DNA of 64,000 nt from assembly GCA_963718235.1 (NCBI GenBank), contig CAVQYR010000001.1:1728001-1792000 (forward strand). The letters are read 5' to 3'. A model generated the notes under the pieces. The model saw only the letters and a list, made by a program, of their open reading frames with translations. It was not told where the DNA came from and ran no database searches. This document shows positions 25,398-35,796 of this stretch, piece by piece. Within the stretch, counting starts at the first letter, position 1. Each line of letters begins with the position of its first letter. The DNA comes from an uncultured Actinomycetota bacterium. Lineage in GTDB: Bacteria; Actinomycetota; Actinomycetes; JAHEKZ01. The translations under genes were made by a program, and so were the position numbers.

Positions 25398-25763
25398 ATG
25401 AGTGAGCGAGCGCTGCGCGGGACGCGCCTGGGCGCGACCAGCTACGAGACCGATGAGGGCATCGGACCGGCACCGCGCCAGATGACCACCTACGACTGCC
25501 CACAGGGCCACAGCTTCACCATGCCGTTCTCGGTCGAGGCGGACATCCCCCCGAGCTGGGAGTGCCGGGTGTGCGGCGCCAAGGCGCTGCGCCGCGACGG
25601 CGAGCAGCCCGAGGCCAAGGCGGTCAAGCCGACCCGCACCCACTGGGACATGCTGCTCGAGCGACGCACGATCCCCGAGCTGGAGGACCTGCTGGCCGAG
25701 CGGCTGGAGCTGCTGCGCGCCAGTGGTGGCCCGGCCGGGCGTCCGCAGCGTCGCAGCGCCTGA
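25398..25763 (+). CDS. rbpA: RNA polymerase-binding protein RbpA
   Basis: MSERALRGTRLGATSYE...C..GH.F..PF..EA.IP..WEC...RTHWDMLLERR. Confidence 0.95.
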   Translation: MSERALRGTRLGATSYETDEGIGPAPRQMTTYDCPQGHSFTMPFSVEADIPPSWECRVCGAKALRRDGEQPEAKAVKPTRTHWDMLLERRTIPELEDLLAERLELLRASGGPAGRPQRRSA

Positions 25764-25793
25764 CCTTCTTCCCCGGACACCCGCACCATCGGG

Positions 25794-26297
25794 TCAGTTG
25801 CTGGGCGGAAGCTCCTTCGGCGGCGCAGGCGGTTCTGGTCGCTCCTCGAAGGGGTCGACGACCTCACCGGCGACCACGTCTCCCCCGGTCCACAGACGCA
25901 CCCGGGTCAAGGTGGTCGAGCTCCCGGCGAACCGGCGCACCACCGCCTGACCGACCAGGGCGATCACGACGGTACGCACGAGCGGCACCAGCAGCAGCAG
26001 GCCCAGCGCGTCGGACACGAGCCCGGGAACGAACAGCAGGAAGCCCGCGAGGAAACGCAGCGAGGCGTGCGCCGCGGTCACCCCGGTCCCAGTGGGGGGT
26101 ACGCGACGGGGGTCCAGCCCGGCCATCGCCGACCGGGCGCTTCGGACCGTCGAGCGCATCACCCACAGCCCGAGCAGCGACAGCAGCAGGATCGCCAGGA
26201 GCGTGGGGCCCCACCCGTAGCGCGCCGCTGCCAGGGTGGCGACGTAGATCTCGGTGATCGGCCACGCCACCAGGACGACGAAGACCAGCAGTCCCAC
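25794..26297 (-). CDS. fxsA: FxsA family membrane protein
   Basis: P..EI..., AGFLLFVPGLVSDALGLLLL.P; synteny with rbpA and ppm1. Confidence 0.85.
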   Translation of the reverse strand: MGLLVFVVLVAWPITEIYVATLAAARYGWGPTLLAILLLSLLGLWVMRSTVRSARSAMAGLDPRRVPPTGTGVTAAHASLRFLAGFLLFVPGLVSDALGLLLLVPLVRTVVIALVGQAVVRRFAGSSTTLTRVRLWTGGDVVAGEVVDPFEERPEPPAPPKELPPSN

Positions 26298-26299
26298 CG

Positions 26300-27031
26300 T
26301 CAGCCCCTCCGGCCCAGTCGCGACTGCACGCCCCACACCGTGACCCGCCACAGGGCCTCGCCCACGATGGCGCGGTTCATCTTGCTCGCCCCGAGCCGGC
26401 GTTCGACGAAGGTGATCGGGACCTCGGTGACTCGCAGTCCCTGGGCCACCACCCGCCGCGTGAGGTCGACCTGGAAGCAGTACCCCTGCGACTCGACGGT
26501 GTCGAGCTCGATCGCCTCCAGGGTGCTGCGTCGAAACGCCCTGAACCCGGCGGTGGCGTCGTGCACCGGCATGCCGAGAAGCAGCCGGGTGTAGCTGTTG
26601 CCCCCTCGGGACAGCAGCTCACGCGATCGGGGCCAGTTCTCCACCTCGCCGCCGTCCACCCATCGGCTTCCGATCACCAGGTCGGCGTCGGAGAGCGCGG
26701 CCAGCAGGCGTGGGAGGTCCTCGGGTCGGTGTGACCCGTCGGCGTCCATCTCGACGAGGACGTCGTAGCCGCGCTCCATGCCCCACGCGAACCCAGCCAG
26801 GTAGGCGGCACCCAGCCCTTGCTTGCCCGGTCGGTGCAGGACGTGCACGTGGTCGTCACTGGCGGCCAGCTGGTCGGCGAGCGCGCCGGTACCGTCCGGG
26901 CTGTTGTCGTCGGCGACCAGGATGTCGACGTTCGGCGCGGCGGTCCGGACCCCGGAGACCACGACGGGCAGGGACTCGATCTCGTCGTAGGTGGGGATGA
27001 CGACCAGCGCTCGACCCGGCGGCTGGCTCAC
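26300..27031 (-). CDS. ppm1: Polyprenol monophosphomannose synthase (GT2)
   Basis: [41 protein letters not shown]. Confidence 0.92.
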   Translation of the reverse strand: MSQPPGRALVVIPTYDEIESLPVVVSGVRTAAPNVDILVADDNSPDGTGALADQLAASDDHVHVLHRPGKQGLGAAYLAGFAWGMERGYDVLVEMDADGSHRPEDLPRLLAALSDADLVIGSRWVDGGEVENWPRSRELLSRGGNSYTRLLLGMPVHDATAGFRAFRRSTLEAIELDTVESQGYCFQVDLTRRVVAQGLRVTEVPITFVERRLGASKMNRAIVGEALWRVTVWGVQSRLGRRG

Positions 27032-28527
27032 GGCACCTCCTGCGGCGTCCGACGACGTGCACCTGCTGCTGCCGCCACGACTCCGACGATAGCGAGGCCG
27101 AGCTCGGGCCAGGCGCCCAGCCGGTCGGCCACGGTGAGCTCGCTCCTCAGTGGCACGTCGGCGACGATGACGGCTCGGGTGAACTCCGGAACGCGCTCGA
27201 CCACCTCCCCGTCAGGGGCGATCACCGCGCTGATCCCCGACGTCGCGGCGACCAGCACCGCTCGGCCGTGCTCGACGGCGCGCAGCTGCGACATGGCCAG
27301 CTGCTGCTCCACCTGGCCGGTTCGGCCGTAGGTGGCGTTGTTGGTCTGCACGGTGATCAGCTGGCCCCCTCCGACCACCGCGTCCCGCACGACCTCGTCG
27401 TAGGCCACCTCGAAGCAGATCACGTTGGCCACCGTGGCCGGCCCCAGCTGGAGCACGCCGGGCTCGGTCCCGGCCTCGAAGTCGCGCGGCACCCGGTCGA
27501 GCCGGGAGATGAACCGCTCAAGCTGGGATCGGAACGGCACGAACTCCCCGAACGGGACGGGGTGGCGCTTGACGTAGACCTGACCCGGCCCGGTCACGGG
27601 GTCCCAGACGACGCCCTGGTTGCGCACCCGCTCGCCGTCGGGTGAGGCGACGACCATGCCCACCAGGACTGGCACGCCGATCTCGTCGACGACCGCGTCG
27701 ATCCGTGCGTAGGCGTCTGCGTCGGACAGCGGGTCGATGTCCGACGCGTTCTCCGGCCACACCACGAAGTCCGGCTGGGGCACGGTGCCGTCGTCGACGT
27801 CGCGAGCCAGCTGCGACGTCGCGTCGACGTGGGCCTGCAGCACGGCGAGGCGCTGCCCGAAGGCGTCCAGGCCGGTGCGCGGCACGTTGCCCTGGACGGC
27901 GGCCGCGGTCACCGGGGTTCCGTCGGTCGGGATCGGCACGGCCAGCCCCAGGAGGCCCACGACGACGACTGCGCTCACCGCTGCCGCCCGGCGCCCGACC
28001 CTGGGCGTGACCACCACGTAGGCCAGCAGCGTGCCGATGAGCGCGACCGCGAACGTCACCGCCGCCGCGCCACCCAGCGCCGCCCACGGGGTGAGGCTCG
28101 TGTCCGGCTGGGAGTAGGCGAGGCGCCCCCACGGGAAGCCCCCGAAGGGGACCCGGCCCCGTAGTGCCTCCTCGGTGACCCACAGCGCGGCCACCCAGAC
28201 CGGCCACCCGGGGACCCGGGTCGCCCACGCGGTGGCCGCCCCCAGGGCCGCGATGAACAGCGCGCTGAACAGCGAGAGCAGCACCCACGCGTCGGGCCCC
28301 ACCACCCGTAGCCACGGCATGAGGCCGGCGAGGAACACCGCGCCGAAGACGAATCCCACCAGCGATCCGGTCACGGCGGTCTGCCCACGACACAGCAGGG
28401 TCAGCCCAGCGACCGGGAAGGGGGCCAGCCACCAGGCACCGATCGGCGGGAAGGCCGCGACCAGGACGGCTCCGCCCAGGCCTGCCAGGACGAGCCGCCA
28501 CGGCAGCGACGGGCCGGATGGGTGCAC
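27028..28527 (-). CDS. lnt: Apolipoprotein N-acyltransferase
   Basis: GGFPWG, VQGNV, VWPE, YVK.H.VPFGE, ICFE, TNNA, RAVE. Confidence 0.94.
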   Translation of the reverse strand: MHPSGPSLPWRLVLAGLGGAVLVAAFPPIGAWWLAPFPVAGLTLLCRGQTAVTGSLVGFVFGAVFLAGLMPWLRVVGPDAWVLLSLFSALFIAALGAATAWATRVPGWPVWVAALWVTEEALRGRVPFGGFPWGRLAYSQPDTSLTPWAALGGAAAVTFAVALIGTLLAYVVVTPRVGRRAAAVSAVVVVGLLGLAVPIPTDGTPVTAAAVQGNVPRTGLDAFGQRLAVLQAHVDATSQLARDVDDGTVPQPDFVVWPENASDIDPLSDADAYARIDAVVDEIGVPVLVGMVVASPDGERVRNQGVVWDPVTGPGQVYVKRHPVPFGEFVPFRSQLERFISRLDRVPRDFEAGTEPGVLQLGPATVANVICFEVAYDEVVRDAVVGGGQLITVQTNNATYGRTGQVEQQLAMSQLRAVEHGRAVLVAATSGISAVIAPDGEVVERVPEFTRAVIVADVPLRSELTVADRLGAWPELGLAIVGVVAAAAGARRRTPQEVP

Positions 28528-28557
28528 CGAGTGACGGTAACCCAGTCCCGCGGGTGC

Positions 28558-28950
28558 TCAGGACGCAGGCGGGACGACCACGGTGCCGAGCGCGGTGGTC
28601 GCCACGATCGGCTCGTCGAGCACCTCGGCGGCCGACTCGCCACGGTCGGGGCGACCACGACAGATGACCCTTGCCTCGAACCGGATCGTGCGACTGCGCG
28701 TTCCGACCCGCTCGACCACCGCCTCGACCTCGACGACGTCACCGGCGCGGACGGGGGCCTGGAACTGGACGTCGGAGTACGACGCGAAGAGGCCCTCGTC
28801 GCCGTCGGTGCGGATGCAGACCTCGGTCGCCACGTCACCGAACAGGGCCAGGCTGTACGCGCCGTCGACGAGGTTGCCCGCGTAGTGGGCGTGGCTGAAC
28901 GGTACGTAGCGGCGGTGGACCACGGTCAGCCCGGTCCGGGGGTCGGTCAT
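28558..28950 (-). CDS. kal: 3-aminobutyryl-CoA ammonia-lyase (hotdog fold)
   Basis: AHYAGNLVDGA..LFGDVATE..IRTDGDEGLF..Y..VQF.APV.AGD; ATGA-coupled to kamE. Confidence 0.85.
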   Translation of the reverse strand: MTDPRTGLTVVHRRYVPFSHAHYAGNLVDGAYSLALFGDVATEVCIRTDGDEGLFASYSDVQFQAPVRAGDVVEVEAVVERVGTRSRTIRFEARVICRGRPDRGESAAEVLDEPIVATTALGTVVVPPAS

Positions 28951-29917
28951 GAGCGCACCTTCGGCTTGGCCCTGCTGGTCTTGGGGCTGGTCTTGGGGCT
29001 GGCCTTGGTGCTGGTGCCTGCCGTCGCTTCGCCTTCGCGGATGCCGGGTCGGGGAGCAGCGCGTGCACCAGGTAGCTGGCCACCTCCCCGGGTGTCGTGC
29101 CCTTGACGAAGATCCGGTCGACGCCGAGCTTGTCGGTCCAGGTCTCGTCGAAGCGCGGACCACCGACGATCAGCAGCGGCCGGGTCCCGGCCGGGTAGGC
29201 CTCGCGGAACGCCGCCGACATCTCAGAGACGTTCTGCACGTGGGCCTCGCGCTGGGTGACCACCTGGGACACCAGGACGGCGTCTGCCTTCAGGTCGCGG
29301 GCGGAGTTGACGAGGTCCGGTACGGACACCTGGGCGCCGAGGTTGTGCACGGTGAACTCGCCGTAGGCCTCCAGCCCCTTCTCCCCCGCCCACCCCTTGA
29401 GGTTGAGGATCGCGTCGATCCCGACGGTGTGGGCGTCGGTGCCGATGCAGGCCCCGACGACCACGAGCGCACGCCGCAGCCGCTGCTTGATGACGGCGTT
29501 GACCTCCTTCGGGGAAAGCAGGGCGTACTCACGCTCGAGCACCACCACCTTGTCCAGCTCGACGAGGTGGTGGGCCTTGCCGTAGATGACGAAGAAGGTG
29601 AAGTCGGCGCCCATGGCCTTGCGATGGACCACCAGGGCCGGGTCGAGCCCCATCTTGTTGGCCAGCTGCAGTGCGGCACCCTCGGAGCGCTTGTCGTTGG
29701 GCAGCGGAAGGGTGAACGACACCTGCACCATGCCGTCACCGGTGGCATCGCCGTACGGGCGCACGACCCGCTTCGCCTCCGCCGCCGAAGCGACGGCCCC
29801 CGCCCTTTGCGACCCCCCACCCCCACGTCCCCGTTGATCTTGGACTTGATCTGCCTTCTGGACGGTTCTGGACGTCATCTTCTGCTTGTTCGACTTGGCC
29901 TTCTTGGGCGTGCTCAT
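28947..29917 (-). CDS. kamE: Lysine 5,6-aminomutase beta subunit (B12-binding); apparent frameshift at ~29025
   Basis: VRPYGD..DGMVQVSFTLP; GTDAHTVGIDAI.N.KG (DxHxxG plus PLP Lys); VSQVVTQ; the corrected tail ends at the TGA overlapping the kal ATG. Confidence 0.9.
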
Positions 29918-31518
29918 GCTCGGGCCCCTCTCGTCCGGGTGACCGGTCGGGCGAAGCCCTCCGCGAGCAGCTCGGAGGCCGGGTTGTAGTAGCCGGGCCC
30001 CTGCCGCACGACGCCGTCGAGCCCGCGGCCGGCGTCGGCGGGCCGCTTCATCAGCCCGAACGTGCCGTCGGCGATCGCGTTGAGCAGGCCGTCGTCCACG
30101 ATCGCGTCGAGCAGCTCGATCGCCTCCGACAGCACCTGGTGAGCCCGCTGCACGATGAAGCCGTCGGGTGCGGGCTGGAAGTCCTCGGAGAGGCGACCCG
30201 CCGAGCTGAGCACGTACCGCACGTTCTGCAGCGCCAGGTCGCGGTCGGACAGCCACGGGGTGTGCACGGCTTCGGTCAGCATGCCGACGAGGAGGATCCC
30301 CTGCTGCGTCATGCCGCCGACCAGGTTGAAGAACCCGTCGAGCAGGTAGCCCCGGAAGACGTCGCCGGTCATGTGCTTGGTCGGCGGCATCCACTTCAGC
30401 GGGGCGTCGGGGAACAGCTCACGCGCCAGCAGGGCGTGGGCGAGCTCCATCCGGAACGAGTCGGGGACGTCGGGGTTGATCTCGAAGGCGTGCCCGAGCC
30501 CGAGCTGCCAGTTCTGCAGCCCGGCCTCCTTGCCGAAGTACTCGTTCAGCAGCTGGCTCACGGTCACCGTGTGCGCAGCCTCGATGCCGTCGGCGGTGGT
30601 GAGGTAGTTGTCCTCGCCGGTGTTGATGATGATGCCGGCCCTGGCATGGACCTGCCGGGAGAAGCGCTGGTCGACGAAGGTGCGGATCGGGTTGATGTCG
30701 CGGAAGAGGATGCCGTACATCGAGTCGTTCAGCATCATGTCGAGGCGCTCGAGCCCGGCCAGCGCCGCGATCTCGGGCATGCACAGCCCGGACGCGTAGT
30801 TGGTCAGCCGGACATAGCGACCGAGCTCGTGCGAGACGTCGTCCAGCGCCTTGCGCATCAGGCGGAAGTTCTCCTGGGTGGCGTAGGTACCGGCGTAGCC
30901 CTCGCGGGTCGCACCCTCCGGGACGAAGTCGATCAGCGACTGCCCGGTCGAGCGGATGACCGCGACGATGTCGGCGCCCTCACGGGCGGCCGCCTGGGCC
31001 TGGGGGATGTCCTCGTAGATGTCACCGGTGGCCACGATCAGGTAGATCCAGGGCTTGGGCGGGTCGCCGAGCCTGGTGATCAGCCGCTCGCGCTCGCGTC
31101 GGTTGCGGTCGACCCGGGCGAGGCCACCACCCACGGACTTGCGGGCGGCGGCCCGCGCCCGGGTGTTGTCACGTGCCTTGGGGATCCGGAACGTCACGCT
31201 GCCGGCCGCCGCCTTCTGGGCCAGCTCGGTGACGTCTCCGGCCTGCCCGCTGATCAGCGCGTCCCAAACCGGGATGGCCACGCCGTGCTCGAGTCCGACC
31301 TGGTCGCGCACGTCGTCGACGAGGTGGTTGACCCACGGCTCGCCGTCCGGGTCGGCGCCCTGGGCCCCGGCCAGGCGGAGCAGCGCGCGTTCGACGCTGA
31401 CGGTGGTGTGCGTCTTGGCCAGGCGCACGATCGGCTGACCGGCCTTGCGGGCCAGCCCGCGCGCTTTCCGGACCACGACGGGGTCCAGGTCGAGCTTCGA
31501 CCTCGGGCGTGGGCTCAC
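29914..31518 (-). CDS. kamD: Lysine 5,6-aminomutase alpha subunit
   Basis: TTVSVER, YLIVATGDIYED, AVIRSTGQSL, ATQENFR, NYASGLCMPE, INTGEDNY, MPPTK.MTG. Confidence 0.94.
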   Translation of the reverse strand: MSPRPRSKLDLDPVVVRKARGLARKAGQPIVRLAKTHTTVSVERALLRLAGAQGADPDGEPWVNHLVDDVRDQVGLEHGVAIPVWDALISGQAGDVTELAQKAAAGSVTFRIPKARDNTRARAAARKSVGGGLARVDRNRRERERLITRLGDPPKPWIYLIVATGDIYEDIPQAQAAAREGADIVAVIRSTGQSLIDFVPEGATREGYAGTYATQENFRLMRKALDDVSHELGRYVRLTNYASGLCMPEIAALAGLERLDMMLNDSMYGILFRDINPIRTFVDQRFSRQVHARAGIIINTGEDNYLTTADGIEAAHTVTVSQLLNEYFGKEAGLQNWQLGLGHAFEINPDVPDSFRMELAHALLARELFPDAPLKWMPPTKHMTGDVFRGYLLDGFFNLVGGMTQQGILLVGMLTEAVHTPWLSDRDLALQNVRYVLSSAGRLSEDFQPAPDGFIVQRAHQVLSEAIELLDAIVDDGLLNAIADGTFGLMKRPADAGRGLDGVVRQGPGYYNPASELLAEGFARPVTRTRGARA

Positions 31519-33125
31519 GAGGCGCCTCCTTCGGCTCGGTCCAGCGCGTACACGGTGCCGCCGCGTACGACGGTACGCAGGCACGTGGGTGCGGGTGCAC
31601 CCGGTGTGAGGTCGGGCAGCCCGGACACGCCGGCCCTTGGGTCGGTCGACCACGCCGCGACGCGGTCGTCCGGCGTCTGGACGACGAGGTCACCCGCCTG
31701 CCAGACGGCGTACGTCGCCGGTGCCCCCGGCGTGAGGACCCCCTCGTCGTCCTGCCTGGCCGCTCGGCGCCCTCCGCGCGTGTGCGCGTTGAAGGCCGCC
31801 CGCGCGGTGATCCGCTGCTCGGGCACCGGGTGGTGGACCGCGGCCCGGATGGCCTCCCAGGGGGTCACGGCGGTGACCGGTGAGTCGCTGCTGAAGCTGA
31901 GCACCAGCCCATCGTCGATCATGCTGGCGAACGGGTTGAGCGTCAGCGCACGCTCCACGCCGAGCCGTTCGGCGTACATGGCCTCGGCGCCCCCCCACAT
32001 CGCCAGGAACAGGGGCTGCACGCTCGCCACGACGCCCAGGGACGACAGCTGACGGCGTGCGTTCGCGTCAGGCATCTCCAGGTGCTCCAGCCGGTGCCGG
32101 GCGGCCCGCATGGCGTCGGCACCGACGATCGCTGCGGCGTCGACGAACCCGGCGACGACCGTGTCAGTGGCGGCGTCACCGATCACGTGGAACCCGGCCT
32201 GCAGGCCACCGCGCGTGCAGGCGACGACGTGGTCGCGCACCTGCGCGGCGTCGAGGTACGCCGCCCCGCAGGTGTCGGCGTCGACGTAGGGCTGACGCAT
32301 GGACGCCGTGCGGGAGCCGATCGCGCCGTCGACGAACAGGTCGCCGGCCGCGCCCAGGGCTCCGAGCTCACGCGCGTGCTCGATCCCGCCGAGCTCACCC
32401 CAGTAGCCGATGACGTCCGGGCCGACGCCCGACGCACCCAGGGCGAGCACGGCCGCGAAGTCGTCGGGCCCGTTGATGCTCGGACCGCCGTTCTCGTGCA
32501 CGCAGCCGATCCCCTGGGCGGCCGCCTGGGCTAGTGCGGCGCGCCGCGCCCGGTCCAGCTGAGCCGGGGACAGCGCCTCGTGGGCGATGCCGCGCACGAC
32601 GTGGTGCGCGTCCTGCCGCAGCCAGCCCTCGGGGTCGTAGCCGGTGCGCTCGGAGAGCCGAGGGGCCACAGCCAGCAGGGCGGACGACGCCACGCAGGAG
32701 TGCACGTCGATCCGGGACAGGTACACGACGCCGCCGTAGGACGCCCGGTCGAGCTCCTGGCGAGTCGGAGGGCGACCTTCGGGCCAGGTGGTCTCGTCCC
32801 ACCCGTGTCCGAGGACGACGCCGCCGCGCAGCGACCGGGCGTACGCCTCCACGGCGTCCAGGGCCTCCTGCAGCGACCGGGTCGCGGTCAGGTCGAGCCC
32901 GGTGATTGCGAGCCCGGTGGAGGTGAGGTGAACGTGGGAGTCGACGAATGCCGGGCTCACGAACGCCCCGTCCAGGTCGACGACCTCGTCGACGGAGTCC
33001 CGGTGCGCCTGGGCGGCGCCGTCCTGGCCGACCCAGGCCACCACGCCGTCCTCGACCACCAGGGCCGTGGCGAACGGGTCGACGGGGCTGTGCACCCGGC
33101 CCCCGGACAGCAGTGTCGTGGTCAC
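31515..33125 (-). CDS. Metal-dependent amidohydrolase (amidohydro_3, Rv2052c/YtcJ-like)
   Basis: PAFVDSHVH, GHGWDE, RIDVH, FVDGAIGSRTA, HVIGD, HRLEH, SSDSP. Confidence 0.88.
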   Translation of the reverse strand: MTTTLLSGGRVHSPVDPFATALVVEDGVVAWVGQDGAAQAHRDSVDEVVDLDGAFVSPAFVDSHVHLTSTGLAITGLDLTATRSLQEALDAVEAYARSLRGGVVLGHGWDETTWPEGRPPTRQELDRASYGGVVYLSRIDVHSCVASSALLAVAPRLSERTGYDPEGWLRQDAHHVVRGIAHEALSPAQLDRARRAALAQAAAQGIGCVHENGGPSINGPDDFAAVLALGASGVGPDVIGYWGELGGIEHARELGALGAAGDLFVDGAIGSRTASMRQPYVDADTCGAAYLDAAQVRDHVVACTRGGLQAGFHVIGDAATDTVVAGFVDAAAIVGADAMRAARHRLEHLEMPDANARRQLSSLGVVASVQPLFLAMWGGAEAMYAERLGVERALTLNPFASMIDDGLVLSFSSDSPVTAVTPWEAIRAAVHHPVPEQRITARAAFNAHTRGGRRAARQDDEGVLTPGAPATYAVWQAGDLVVQTPDDRVAAWSTDPRAGVSGLPDLTPGAPAPTCLRTVVRGGTVYALDRAEGGAS

Positions 33126-33130
33126 GGAGG

Positions 33131-34186
33131 TCAGTGCCCTTCGGCGTCGAGCCGTCTTTCGAACAGCCGCCGGACGCCGGGCTCGGTGCGCAGCACATCG
33201 AGGGCGAAGTCGGCGTGCCCCGGGGCGTAGCCGTTGCCGACCAGCATCGTGACGTCGGCGGCCAGGCCCTCGGCGCCGAGCGCAGCCGTGGCGAACGAGG
33301 TAGCCATCGAGAAGAAGATGACCGTGCCACCGTCCGCTGTGGCCAGGATCGCGCCGTGCTCGCACCCGGGGACGTCGACGCAGACCACGGTGATGTCGGC
33401 CGCCTCGCCGAGCGCCTCGATCACGGCCTCGGAGAGCTGGACCGGGTCGCGCGCATCGGCGAGGGCGATGGCGTCGCAGATCTCCTCGACCCGAAGCAGC
33501 TCAGCCTCGTGCTGGGTGGGCACGATCCCCAGAGTCTTGGCGGCGCCGGCCCGCCGGGAGGCGGCGAGCGCGAGCGACCCGGACTTGCCGGCTCCGCCCA
33601 GGACAGCGACGCTCGGGGCGCGCCCGCGGTCGACGTACTGCTGCACGACCCGAGCCGTCAGGGCGGGTGCCCCGCAGACGTCCATGACGGCCAGGGACAG
33701 CGGCCGGGGCAGGTCGTCGGGCAGGTGCGCCGCGATCGAGCGGCCGAACAGGATCGCATGACCGGAGCACGGCACCTGCTCGGAGAGACCGTCCCAGCTG
33801 GCGAGGTCGTCGTCGATGACCAGGGGGGTGAGGGTGAGGGACACGAGCGTGGCGATGTGGTCGCCGGAGCTAAGCCCCAGGTGGGACTCCGGCCCCACCT
33901 CGTCGACGATGCCGACGAGCATGCCGCCGGACCCGGTGACCGGGTTGTGCATCTTTCCCCGGGACCGAACGATCTCGAGCACCTCGGCCCGGATCCGGTC
34001 ACCTTCGCCGTGGTGCTTGTCGAACAGCTGGCGGAACGAGGCCGCGTCGAGGTTGAGCCGCTCGATCCGGACCCGGACTTCATCGGGCCACAGGTCAGCC
34101 GACGGGTCGAGGCGGTACGCCGCCTGGGGCAGCACCCCGGAGGGTTCGAGGACGCGATGAAGCCCGACGGGCGAGGAGTGGCTCAC
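33131..34186 (-). CDS. kdd: L-erythro-3,5-diaminohexanoate dehydrogenase
   Basis: G.HRV.EP.GVLPQAA, LNLDAASF, RGKMHNPVTGSGGML, ATLVSL.LTPL, GKSG, FFSMATSF, GNGY. Confidence 0.9.
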   Translation of the reverse strand: MSHSSPVGLHRVLEPSGVLPQAAYRLDPSADLWPDEVRVRIERLNLDAASFRQLFDKHHGEGDRIRAEVLEIVRSRGKMHNPVTGSGGMLVGIVDEVGPESHLGLSSGDHIATLVSLTLTPLVIDDDLASWDGLSEQVPCSGHAILFGRSIAAHLPDDLPRPLSLAVMDVCGAPALTARVVQQYVDRGRAPSVAVLGGAGKSGSLALAASRRAGAAKTLGIVPTQHEAELLRVEEICDAIALADARDPVQLSEAVIEALGEAADITVVCVDVPGCEHGAILATADGGTVIFFSMATSFATAALGAEGLAADVTMLVGNGYAPGHADFALDVLRTEPGVRRLFERRLDAEGH

Positions 34187-34335
34187 AGGTGAATCTTGGC
34201 AGGGCCTGCGGGACGTCGCCAGGACCTCACCCGGATGCACCGCAAGTTATCCCGTTTATGATTGATCTGGCCGCAGGATCTTCGTACCCTCGCCCCATCG
34301 GCCGGGCATGAGGTCCTGCCTACCTGGAGGTCGTC

Positions 34336-35796
34336 GTGACCGGATCGTCGCACCCACTCCCCCAGCCCTACGACTACCGGCCGCAGCCGTTGGTCGAGCC
34401 GGACTGGACCCGCTTTCCCGCCTGGGCAGCGGTGACCCAGGAGGAGTGGGAGTCCGCGCAGTGGCAGCGGGCCCACTGCGTGAAGAACCTGCCCCAGCTG
34501 CGCGCGGTGATGGGCGACCTGTTGGAGGACCGCTTCTACCACGACCTCGAGCGCGACCAGCAGGAGCGCGCGACGATGTCGATGCTCCTGCCGCCGCAGA
34601 TGGTCAACACGATGGTCCCCCTGTCGCACGACGGCGGCTCGCCGACGCCGGCACAGTTCACCGACGCGTTCTACTCCGACCCCGTGCGCCGCTACATGCT
34701 CCCGGTGTTCAGTGACCGTCGCACCGACTGGCCCTCTCACCCGTACGCCTCGCGCGACTCGCTGCACGAGCACGACATGTGGCAGGCCGAGGGGCTCACC
34801 CACCGCTACCCGACCAAGGTGCTGGCCGAGATCCTGTCGACCTGCCCGCAGTACTGCGGGCACTGCACGCGCATGGACCTCGTGGGCAACTCCACGCCCA
34901 CGGTCACCAAGCTGAAGTTCGGCCTCAAGCCGGTCGACCGGCTCGCCGCGCAGATCGAGTACCTGCGGTCGACGCCCACCGTGCGCGACGTCGTCATCTC
35001 GGGTGGAGACATCGCGAACATGCCGTGGAAGAACGTCGAGGCCTACGTCGACCAGGTGCTCGACGTCGAGACGATCCGCGACGTCCGCCTGGCCACCAAG
35101 GCCCTGATGGGGCTGCCCCAGCACTACTTGCAGGACGACGTGCGCTTCGGCATGGAACGGCTCGCCACCAAGGCCAACAGCCGCGGGGTCGGGCTGGCGA
35201 TCCACACGCATGTCAACCACGCGAACTCGGTCACTCCCCTGGTCGGTCAGGCGGCCCGCGCCATGCTCGACGTCGGCGTGCGCGACGTGCGCAACCAGGG
35301 CGTGCTCATGGGCGGGGTGAACGACTCGGTCGACCGTTTGCTCGACCTGTGCTTCGCGCTGCTCGACGGCGCGAGCATCATGCCCTACTACTTCTACATG
35401 ATGGACATGATTCCGTTCGCCGAGCACTGGCGGGTGTCGCTGGGACAGGCCCAGCAGCTCCAGCACGGGCTCATGGGCTACCTGCCTGGATTCGCGACAC
35501 CGCGTGTCACGTGCGACGTTCCGTTCGTCGGCAAGCGGTGGGTGCACCAGGTCGACGAGTACGACCACGTGCTCGGCATGTCGTACTGGTCGAAGAACTA
35601 CCGCACCGGGATCGAGCTGGAGGATCCCGACGCCGTCCAGCGCCACTACACCTACTACGACCCGATCCACTCGCTGCCACCGGAGGGTCAGGCCTGGTGG
35701 CGCGAGCAGGGCCACCACGAGGGGTTCATCCCCCAGGCCGACGCCGACGCCGCCAAGGCCTCGCGCGAGTCGGCAGCCGCCCTAGTGACCGGCTGA
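34336..35796 (+). CDS. kamA: Lysine 2,3-aminomutase (radical SAM, PLP)
   Basis: GLTHRYPTKV, CPQYCGHC.R (CxxxCxxC), ISGGD, THVNH, NQGVL, PYYFY, GK; RBS GGAGG; divergent from kdd. Confidence 0.9.
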   Translation: MTGSSHPLPQPYDYRPQPLVEPDWTRFPAWAAVTQEEWESAQWQRAHCVKNLPQLRAVMGDLLEDRFYHDLERDQQERATMSMLLPPQMVNTMVPLSHDGGSPTPAQFTDAFYSDPVRRYMLPVFSDRRTDWPSHPYASRDSLHEHDMWQAEGLTHRYPTKVLAEILSTCPQYCGHCTRMDLVGNSTPTVTKLKFGLKPVDRLAAQIEYLRSTPTVRDVVISGGDIANMPWKNVEAYVDQVLDVETIRDVRLATKALMGLPQHYLQDDVRFGMERLATKANSRGVGLAIHTHVNHANSVTPLVGQAARAMLDVGVRDVRNQGVLMGGVNDSVDRLLDLCFALLDGASIMPYYFYMMDMIPFAEHWRVSLGQAQQLQHGLMGYLPGFATPRVTCDVPFVGKRWVHQVDEYDHVLGMSYWSKNYRTGIELEDPDAVQRHYTYYDPIHSLPPEGQAWWREQGHHEGFIPQADADAAKASRESAAALVTG

